A DNA stretch of 64,000 bases from Tubulanus polymorphus (taxonomy: Eukaryota; Animalia; Nemertea), in NCBI RefSeq assembly GCF_964204645.1, contig NC_134026.1:23036150-23100149 (forward strand), read 5' to 3'. Below are positions 13,307 through 23,168 of this stretch, piece by piece. Under the pieces are notes generated by a model. The model saw only the letters and a list, made by a program, of their open reading frames with translations. It was not told the origin of the DNA and did not search any database. The position numbers and the translations under genes were made by a program. The first letter of the stretch is position 1; each line of letters opens with the position of its first letter.

Positions 13307-16300
13307 TTACGATATAGAATTGTCATTGTTTTGATTGTCCAGTTGAGGTTGACCGGGACTATTAGGAGTGTTGGGACTATTATCACTACTAGTACCCGTA
13401 TAAACAGTCGGCTCCTCAATACCGTCCTCGTCAGACGGGAATTCACCGAGCGGTCCGTCCGCATCTAAATCTCCGTAATAAAGTTCATCCATATAATCAA
13501 TATCGGCATCGTCATCTTCATCATCATTCCCTTCATCGTCGCTGTTACTCCACCAGTAATCTTCATCTTCATCCTCCTCGATTTCTTGCATCCCGTCGAG
13601 TATGATCACGGGATTATTCTCGGCGGATGTATCTGGTATGTTTGAATAGTAATTGTCAGCGGGTGGCTCAGACGACTCCCCGAGTTGCTGCGCTATCCGG
13701 CGATATCGCTCCTCTTTCAGAACGCCTTTCGCGCGTAGAGTCTTCGGATGCGAAGGGCCCAACACGATTTCGCTAACTTGCGCCCATTTTTTGAAATATT
13801 CATATGCTTTTCGAAAGTTTTTGTTGTCCTCGTACACGATACCAATATTTATATATAAACGTGACACTAGAATGTGATTTTCACCGTATAGCTGCATACA
13901 GATATCCATTGCTTCATTATAATACTGAAATATGAAAAAAATAAGGTACAGAATACAGTATTGCTCTATCGATCTTCTTAAAAAGCTCACATCCTGGTAC
14001 AGAAATTACAATTGCTAAATAAAATTGCTTAATCAAATTGCTAAATAATGATTGATTTATCACAGCGTATCATAGCTTCATAATCTCAGAAACCCATTCA
14101 AAAAAAAACAATGTTTAAGTATATGACCTCTAATTGTTCCTTGCTTCCTCGGGTTGCCAAAACACCCTTCGTCATCAATGCCTCGGCATAATGGCCTTCG
14201 TCGTTCAATTCCTTGAATATATGCAAAGCTGTTTTGATGTGTTCATTGCCTTCTTTGAGAGCATCAGCACCTGTCAAAGTTTCATCTGCACCACACGCCT
14301 CCCAACTTTCTAAACTGAATGCTAACTTCATCAAGCTCATTCCGAGTTTGAACTAAAACATAAATGAACAAAAGTATTCAATCAATGCCGAATCAATTTT
14401 CGAGACATATTTGATTTCTCTCGATCAAAACCAATTTATTCAAATTGCACACATTGAATATATATTTGTTACCTTGTGGTAGTCACCAGATAGAGTCTTC
14501 CTAATCGCAATGGACTGTCGATTGAATGATATAGTCTTCTTCAGGTCGGGTAGCTGAGTCGGTGATACAAAATCATTCAATTTCAATTTCTGTAAGAAAA
14601 TAATTACTGTCAGTAAAATGGCTAATCGCTGCCAGTAGCTTGACAAATAAGAAAATTAGCAGCATACATACTTCATCATAGATTTCTGCCATAAGACTGA
14701 ACAATTCAACCATACGTTCTGAACGACGGCCTAATTCTTGCTCTTCCAGTTTGAGGGCATCACGTGCCAACTCAAGGGAATGACTGTATTTACCAGCTTG
14801 CAAACTGAAATAAGAAAGTAAACTAATATCCAAGAGAAATAACATGGTTTATTCATTAAGTTTTCTTCGCTGATTTCATTGCTGAGTTCTTAACATTGTT
14901 CATCATCTGCTGAATGATCGGATAAAACTGACGGACTGACAGATCAGATAAAACTCATCATAAAACCTGAAACCAAGTGTATTACATGAAAATATCAAAA
15001 CACAAAAATATAATCACATTAGATCAACTGTAGAGAGATTAAATAGTTATATATAATTCTATCTTCAATTTCGTTAATATCAAAGTGATTTAATATTAAC
15101 ACATCCCATGTGTTTGTCTGATTAGCTCTTTATCTGAGACACCTCCCCTACGTATAACACCTACCTACAACATCGCAACACTTTTGAGTCAGAAATTACT
15201 TACTAAATTCTTGCAACATGCTGATATCTCAAAGCAACAATAGATAAATCTTGACTAGGGGAGGTCTCCAGCTGTTTTAATGCATCGGTGTAATTAGTGA
15301 CAAGATCCTCGGATTCACCAACCTTCAATAGAAAGAGCACAGACCAATAATCTCCATTTGATTTTTTCAAGAAGATACAATCATAAAATACACGATTCTT
15401 ACCTCTCTCCAATATAACAGTAGTTGAGCACTAAACTCTTCATTGTAGAGTTTGTCAAACACACTCCAATCTGTTAGACAGCGAGCCAAACGACCGGTGT
15501 CACCTAATTTTTTCAACTGATGTGGATATTCCTATAGAAAACAGATGATCTATTGGTTTTGATGCGATTGGGAGAAAATCAAATTAATCGATTAAAAATA
15601 TTCTTTAAATGTCAACAGTGTCGAAACAATGAGCAATTACTGTAGATATATTCATCTCATCAATCCGGGCAATAAGCTAGGTTCGTGGTTTCTTTCAGAG
15701 GAGGGGACCGCAAAGTAAGACGCATCAGTTCAACATTTATAAACTTCATTCATCATACTGAATTCCATTTTCGAATTTATAGTCTGGCTCCCAGATCCGA
15801 ATTTTCAGTAAAATACTGAATATTATGAGGATTGTATGAAATTTTCAAGGTTTGATAGTAACATATATGGCTCCAATTTCAGAATTTGGATTCTGTCTAC
15901 GTACAGACCGAAAATTCTCACAATCAGCAGTATCATTCTGTGTGGGAGCCAGACTATTAACAGTGTTAACTGGCTTAATATTTAAGTTGTACACATTAAA
16001 CCATGAGGCTTTACTGTGGTACACAAAGGTGATTAATTACGGTACACATTAACACATGAACTCACTTCAACTTTTCTGTCAATATTTTTAACATTCTCAA
16101 AGAAATCAGCCAACTTGCTATGCCACCAATAATGCGTATTGACCGATATGTCATCTTCATCACATGAGCCTTGTCTAAAATATCTGCATGAAGAGATATT
16201 TATTATTTTCAAGTTCATAAATGAAACAATACTTAAAAGCAAATATTACGAATTCAAATTCAAACTTATGCCTGAAAGTTGAGTAGAATGAACCAGAAGA

Positions 16301-19300
16301 GATTTAATTTTCTACACAAATGTTATTAAAATGGCTTACTTTGTGCGAACAGCTTTACTGACAGCGCGGTGATGAAAGTCAATGCGTCCATCACTGCCAT
16401 CCCCGTATGGGCGCACGAATGGTTTTATACTTTGAAACACAGATACCCAACGTTTCTCAATGTGAGCTTCGTTCTGAGAAGACTGGGACTTTTCCTTTTC
16501 AGAGCATTCCAGCTCATCTGAAATTACAAACAACACACAAACATATTGCAACGTTCATACCACTATTTCTAGAATTCAGCACTCAATTAGTTTCTGTACC
16601 TTTTTCTTCGTATGGTGAAGGAGGCATCAAATTTCTATCAGCCGAGAGGATACTGACAAGTTCACATTCGAGAAGGCCTGCTGCAGACGCTTCCAGCAAA
16701 CAAAGTGTTGCTTGGATTAAGTGTCCATCAGGCTCACTTTCAAATCGTGACAAAACCTCTTCCAACAAACTGCAATACATCATAGATAAATCATATTAAA
16801 ACGTTGATGGCGCCAATTTTCATTTACGTGAATCATTTCTATCATGAAATATTAAAATAAGTAAGTAAAATTTAATATTTTCATTGTGAAAACTGTGTCA
16901 TATTTTGATTAACTATTCAGTAGTCACTGTTCATTAGTAAATCCATTAGTTCACGCCAAGTGCAGCGCCTACGTATATCAAGAATTTCGAAGAAATTTAT
17001 GATGTGATAATGAGCACGGGAAAGGATTAAGGAGCGACAATATGATTAACTTACAATGAGGATATATTAGTTAAACAAGGATGCATTCATCATCAACAAG
17101 AAATGCCAGACTAACTCATATAAACGAGAAGGTTATCACAGTACACTTTCTCAAAATCAGTTTGGGAAAGTTCAAAACCAGTTCTTTTAGCTACAATTAC
17201 ACATTCTTTGCGATACATACTTCAGAAGACCTTCGGGAAGACTTTCAATCTTTTCAGTCAGGTCTTGTGTATCTTCAACTAGTCGAAGTTCCTCGCAAGC
17301 AAATGAAAGCCAAAGTGGATTCTCCGATGATTGCTTGCGTAATAATGTAGTCAGTTGTGGTAAGGTCAATACACGGTGGTAACGACTTAACATTTCTGTT
17401 ATTATTTCCTACAAAAAGCAACGAATTAAAACGAATGCATACTAGAATTCAATAATCAGTCATTGAATAATTTGATGCGATTAGAAAGGTAGTGCTAACT
17501 ATACCTTTCGGGAATTAATATCGAGAGGTGATATCTGTAGTTCTTGTGGTTTTGTTTCTCGCGCCACAAGCATTTTATGGTGCAGCGAATCATGAATCAT
17601 AGACAACACGCAGCGCATGTTCGGACCCAGCTTCCTTGGTAACCAGCTCAACTGAACCCCGTCTTTACCATCGGTGAACTACAAAATAATAAGTTGCAGT
17701 GATAATACCTGTAACATACTACAACTCCTTAATATGAAGAACACAGTTATGCATGTCTTATGTATTTTTGTTACCTGATTAACATCTTCTATGAATAGAA
17801 CAGTAGGAGGTGAAGCTGGATTAGCCAAATAATGGCAGCACATCTGACAAGCACCTAACAAATCTTTCGGCATAGAAGATTCCTATTAACAGAAGTCAAA
17901 ACAAAATATCTTATCTGATACTATTACCAAGACATTAGCAGGATCCATTAAGAAAACATGGCTGCCTGCAAAAAAATTATCATCATGAGAGTCATTAACA
18001 ATTAACATATACTAAAATAAGTAAAGTAACATTGATGATGTTAGAGGGAGATATGAAAGAGGCAGCCATGTTTTCTGGAAGACTTTTTCTATGATTATGA
18101 AGCATTATGCTATTGAATACGTACGGTTACAATATCCATTTCGCGTAGAAAACGTTTCAGCATTCGTTCAAGGTCGGTCGATCCCGGAATGGCACCGACA
18201 AAATGATAAAATACACGCCATACTTGTGCACCGACCCTGTCAATATTTACGGCACACAATTTTAGACAATCCAATAGATATTATGACGACAATTCTAAAG
18301 CCATTCACATTACTGACCCTGGTAATCGACGATCTTTAGCTTTGTTCATAGTAGTATCAACGATCTTAGACATGATTGACGATTTCCCGGATCCTGCCCC
18401 TCCCAGAAGAAGCAATGGAACATCTTTTTCACCTTTCACGATATAATCTTCGATCTAGAAACGATAATTGAGTAGTCCGAGATTTATAGATCAGGGCACA
18501 AAGGCTTCCAAGAGACTAATGAGCACTCTGGTACATCATGAATACATCATGAAACATGATCAATTAAAACACAGTTCTAACGACACTCACCTGTGACAAA
18601 ATATCATCGCGTCCCTTTATTAGAGCGCTTTTACTTCGCATGAAATTTTCATGAAGCTGACGAGCTAACTCGCATGGAGTTTGCACTGACTCGGTGACCG
18701 GGTTAGACTTAAAATTCATCTTAGAGCGGAAAAATTCCATTATCTTAAAAATTCAGAATACACCAAATCATACGAGGTTAGACTTAAAACTCATCTTAGA
18801 ATGTAACAATTCAATAATCTTGAGAATTCAGAATATACAAAGTCAGAACACCACTGAAACTGTTGGAACAAACAATGATCTGAGTTCTACACTTACCTGC
18901 TCTCTGAAAGTGTCATCAACTCGAAATGTTTCAGCCTCTGTGACTTCATAACCAAATTTCTTCACTTTATCCTGATAAAGAAATATACCGGTACTTATGA
19001 AACAGAATTTGTATATTTTCAGGATATGCAAAATACTTATTTGAAAATGTCAATACAAATGGTACCTGAAACTTTTCTAAAGATGGCGTAACGACCTTTC
19101 CTTTTAATCGCTGTTTTAACGTTTGGTTGGTTATGTAATGACTCGTATCGCGATCCTCAGAAGTTAAATATTCAAGAAACTTATCCTCTCTAACAATGAA
19201 CAACACTGAAAATTTGAATACGAAAATCAATCAAATCTGGACTTTGAGAAATAATTCTTCATGTTCCATATCCCCAAAATCTTCAGAAATATTACTTAAA

Positions 19301-20293
19301 TATAAACCCTCCGAAGACAGACCTTTAAGAATTTTAACATGTATGCCTGGAGCAGTATCTTTTCATTGGTCACTAAATTACATTCCACTATTCCATGGAT
19401 AACCTTGTTTAACCTATTTTTGTTATCACTTACCATTATCATTGTCTTCACGATATGCACCATACAACAAATCTAAATCAACATCAGACACATTCATACC
19501 CTCCTGGTAATGTTTTACTACGGATTCCTCATGATCTCCCCACAATGGTACGAGTTCCAAGGTGCAACTATCAATAAATACAATTTCAGGATTATCAGAT
19601 GAATGATCCATCTGAATGAAATTAACAAATAGTACGTATGTTAGTTCAAATATCTTTCATTTTAACCTCGTAATATTAATGAAATATGGCATCAGATTGT
19701 GGAAGTATAGGTCTTGGATAACCTTTGATGTTTTAGCCATTAACGAAGGATCTTGGGTCTTTCCTCCATCACCCTGCGACAAAGAAAAACATGCGTTCAA
19801 AATGAATAAACAACGTAGACAATCAGCATTCAGCTATAACCCTTTTGAAAGACTCAAACACTATAAAATGCTTACCCATCTGATGTCATATTCCTGCAGC
19901 AACATACCCCGACTTTCTATCCATGCTCGTAATTCTGGCAAAATCTATTGGAAGCAAACACAATATTCTTCTATATCGGCAAACACAGTAAACGTATAGA
20001 CTCAGTCGAACTCACTGACTAGGGACTGACCAGATTAAGTAGAATCCGAATTATGAATGATAGTTTACAATGGTTCTAAGTGGACCAAATATTTCATTCA
20101 AATTAAGTGAAAATCTGGATTGAATAACCCGAGTAAAACAGTTCTACAGTAGGTCTATAACAGTCCTACAATTCAGTCATAAAGCATAGAAGATTACCTG
20201 GTTGAATACGACTTGTCTTTCAGCATGGAAGTCACCACTGTATGACGTGACGAATACATGTACATGTGAAACATCGAGGCTAAATTTCGGCAT
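13307..20293 (-). CDS. DUF4062-like + NACHT/STAND NTPase + TPR protein (NPHP3/NWD/TEP1-like architecture) with an acidic C-terminal tail; about 20 exons
   Basis: Start MPKFSLDVSHVHVFVTSYSGDFHAERQ...LPELRAW...DIRWG matches the DUF4062-type VF.SS.F.D...ER...DLRWG pattern. Walker A LLLLGGAGSGKSS, FYHFVGAIPGST, Walker B region VLFIEDVNQ, NPLWLSFACEELR, winged-helix FHHRAVSKAV. Kinesin-light-chain-type TPRs (LYGENHILVSRLYINIGIVY, VLGPSHPKT) and a D/E-rich tail. Confidence 0.9.
14846..14967. mobile_element. Degenerate fold-back (MITE-like) element in an intron of the NACHT gene
   Basis: Left end GGTTTATTCATTAAGTTTT resembles the reverse complement of the right end (GGTTTTATGATGAGTTTT). It also has an internal GATAAAACT repeat. 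Confidence 0.4.
15779..15957. mobile_element. MITE with perfect 15-bp terminal inverted repeats, intronic in the NACHT gene
   Basis: ATAGTCTGGCTCCCA (15779-15793) and TGGGAGCCAGACTAT (15943-15957). TA dinucleotides at the ends; the interior is non-coding. Confidence 0.7.
17951..18076. mobile_element. MITE-like element with perfect 17-bp inverted repeats, intronic
   Basis: AGAAAACATGGCTGCCT (17951-17967) and AGGCAGCCATGTTTTCT (18060-18076). Confidence 0.65.
18701..18848. repeat. Two-copy tandem duplication (period 75 bp) spanning an intron/exon acceptor junction of the NACHT gene
   Basis: GGTTAGACTTAAAA(T/C)TCATCTTAGA...AATTCAGAATA occurs at 18701 and 18776. Confidence 0.85.
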
Positions 20294-21221
20294 GTTGAAA
20301 TCATTCTATCAAGTTACATTCACTGAAATAACAATGACAAACGCATCATCAACTCAGTACTACTAAATAGGAAAACCAATTTAAACATAGCCTAAATAGG
20401 CTTAGGCCTACTAGGTAAGTGAATACATGCCTATCTGAGGATTTTTAACTGCACATAGCATAGACATTAATTAAGATAAACATGTGGGAGGTTTTGATGT
20501 AACTCCTCAATTTTCATCTCTTTCGTCCTTTTAACTTATTATAACTAATTATCTTTTTATGCGACCCTTTATTTAAAATTTGACTATTGACTATTGATAT
20601 TAATACATTTCCTACTAAAACTGACATCAACAGATAACAGCTTAAATGTTGTTTGTGCTAATTAAGGAAAGAACTTTTAGGAAAGAATAGTAGGTGCCAG
20701 GTTTATGGTTAGGTATGTCTTGGAAAGGACAGAATAAACCCAATCTAAGATTCGACACTTAGTGCGCAATGCATAAGCCACATGCCTACACAATTGGATG
20801 TTCACCTAATGTAACTATGAAAGATGGTACCGGTACCTGAATGAAATATTATATTGAATCTTAAGCCCTTAAGGATCACTAGCTCTCGTGACAAGCTCCT
20901 GTGACTGATGTTTGTAGTAGTTGGGCTTTTTTTTTACTAATAATCAGGCCTCTCGCTAAGCCTAAAAGCCAAGGCTAATAATAAGTAGGCCTAGGCTAGG
21001 CCCCTCTAGGCCTTAGGCCTACTGTCAGACTTTTTGTCCCGAATATTCAATTCAATTCGATTGGATTTGCCATTAATCGTTCTTACATCGTTATATGGGG
21101 CGCTTCACCAGGCCATATTGTGGCCTAAGTTATAGTAGAATACGCAGAATAAAGGCAAAAACTCAATGTATTGCTGTATTTTCAGAGATTTACGATTTTG
21201 ACAGATGATTTTCGTGAACAA

Positions 21222-21237
21222 CGCCGTCTAGTGGCGG
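21222..21237 (-). promoter_or_regulatory. CTCF-like site at the probable promoter of the NACHT gene
   Basis: The minus strand reads CCGCCACTAGACGGCG, one mismatch from the CCACTAGATGGCG core. It lies just upstream of a likely non-coding first exon (donor GTAAGA at ~21086) and at the edge of a GC/CpG-rich island. Confidence 0.5.
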
Positions 21238-22212
21238 CAGCACTGTCCGGTGCTATTTCGCCTTTGCGGCCCCAGGCGCCTCCGGGTCGTCCCAAAGTTA
21301 TGGATTTCAAGTTTCTTGGCGTAGGGAGGGGTTTTAAGGGTCAGATCCCCGCGAAGTGAATTTAGTGTGCAAACATGTCATTTTTTTCTTTGAAAACAAA
21401 CACGTACGGCATTCAGTCACGCGCGCTGCCGCCGGGCCGGCAAGACCTTCCAACACTAACAGTGCGCAGCAGAACCGGGCGATGGACTCGGGTTAGGCCA
21501 CCTCTGAACCCCTCTTTACTCTAGGCAATATACGAAGGACATTGAATTTGAAAACTATATAAATTGGCCTGATGGCGACTTAGTGACCAGTTTATTCCAG
21601 TTCAGGAGGGTCTTATCTCACCTGTAGATAAATTAGTGCCTGTGTGAAATCTCAAGAACGCCCGGGCTCCGCAGTCGCCCCATGACCTACCGTAACACTT
21701 TAGGCGACGAACTACATTTCGTTTTTTACTGTAATCAACTTACTTACCGAAGTCCGTAAAGAATAATTAAATTCAAATTCCTTTTGGAACCTTGATGTTT
21801 TAAAAAATCCAACTTTTAAACTGGCTAAATTTATAGATACCCGCTAGATGTATAGATCCCTCCGGTAACTAGTACGTAAATAGTATGTTGTAAATAACGT
21901 TTGTGTTAATGTTTTGAAGTACCGGTACTTTCATTTCGTCTTTTTGTAAATAATTGTAAATACTGTCTTTCCTACATATACCATGGAAGGTTAGAGTGTA
22001 ATATTCGTATTCGTGAACTGTCGAGTTAGTTAACAAATTCACCGCTTATGATATACATAGGGGCAGAGCACCTTCGAGTCAAAGACAGATTGGACGATCT
22101 CGTCTCCGGCGTCTGCTGATTCTCCAGAATTCTGATTGACTGAGTGTGTGGCTCTTATATCTTTTTTTGACAAATTCCTTGACAAGTTCAATTATCTCAT
22201 ATCTGGTGATTA

Positions 22213-22540
22213 CTGATACTGATTCAGAGTGGTCCTGATGCTGAATAGAGGACAGGGCTGTCCCGGTCTCGAATCTAGTAATCACTGACTACGGGTGTGC
22301 TGATGCTCAACAGAGGGTGAACAGGGGTGTCCAATTGCAAAAACTGATTCTGAGTGGTCCTGATACTGAATAGAGGATGAACAGGGGGCGTCCAGGGTAT
22401 TGCTGAGAGTGATTCAGAGTGGTTGATGCGAACTAGTGATGCAAAATAGAGGCTGTACAGGGATGTCCCGGGTTCAAACCAAGTGAATACTGACACTGAT
22501 TCATAGTGGTCGATGCTGAATAGAGGTTGTTCTGGGTTAG
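22213..22540. repeat. Degenerate minisatellite with variable-length units
   Basis: Recurring blocks GATTCAGAGTGGTCCTGATGCTGAATAGAGG and ACAGGG(G)NTGTCC at about 22221, 22300, 22346, 22411 and 22498. Confidence 0.75.
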
Positions 22541-23147
22541 CACCGATTCAAAACAACGACCAAACAAATCTATTCATTTTTCTTGACCATACAACAGACA
22601 TATTATAGAAATTGTTATCCAATGTACAATATGTGCACAAAGATGCTCTATTTTTTGTGCAATGAATTTTATGAATGATCTCTTAGTCTTCTTCATTATC
22701 CTCAGAACAATAAATATTCTCATGCGTGAATGGGTGGGCGCTATTTCAGTGCAAGCTTGATCTTTCATCAGTAGTTTAAAGCATTCTATCATATCATATC
22801 AGATATTTTTCTGTGTCTTTTTAATTTAGTTTTGGTTTATGGATATTTGTTTGTTTGTTTACAACTTACTGAGCTGATAGAATGCTTTAAAACTAAAAGC
22901 AGAATAGATCTCAAGTTTTTGGCTAGTCCGCATGACCCCCGCCCAAAAGAAATGAAATGTAAGTAAGGATTTATGATTCATGATTTATGGGCACAAAACA
23001 TGAGATATCTAAGGTCACAGGTCTTTGTTTATCTTAAACCATCTTTTTATATTTTCTGAGGAGGGCCTCTTGACCGCCCCAAGCGTTTGACACTTCTGTT
23101 TCCATGAATGTGGCAGCTCTACTTCTTTCAAAAATTAACCCTAACAG

Positions 23148-23168
23148 AAAATCCTGGCTACACCCCTG
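23148..23168. mobile_element. Solo terminus of a hAT-like MITE
   Basis: AAAATCCTGGCTACACCCCTG; its reverse complement CAGGGGTGTAGCCAGGATTTT is a typical non-autonomous DNA-transposon end. No clear partner end was found. Confidence 0.4.

Noticed and set aside
21400-21470. HDV-like ribozyme or RNase P motif (CTAA before a stem; GGAAGGTCT on the minus strand)
   Set aside because: No P1/P1.1 partner for an HDV fold, and no matching CR-V element for RNase P.
21240-21520. Telomerase RNA on the minus strand (template-like CCTAACCC at 21490-21497 just inside a P1-like helix)
   Set aside because: No correctly ordered U-rich/A-rich P2b-P3 pseudoknot, P6.1 or H/ACA domain could be built, and the G-U pairs favour the opposite strand.
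22213-22540. CRISPR-like repeat/spacer appearance
   Set aside because: The context is eukaryotic, the repeats are degenerate with non-unique intervening sequence, and there are no cas genes.
23136-23145. TAACCCTAAC telomeric/template-like motif
   Set aside because: It is isolated, abuts a MITE-like terminus, and has no telomerase RNA structure around it.
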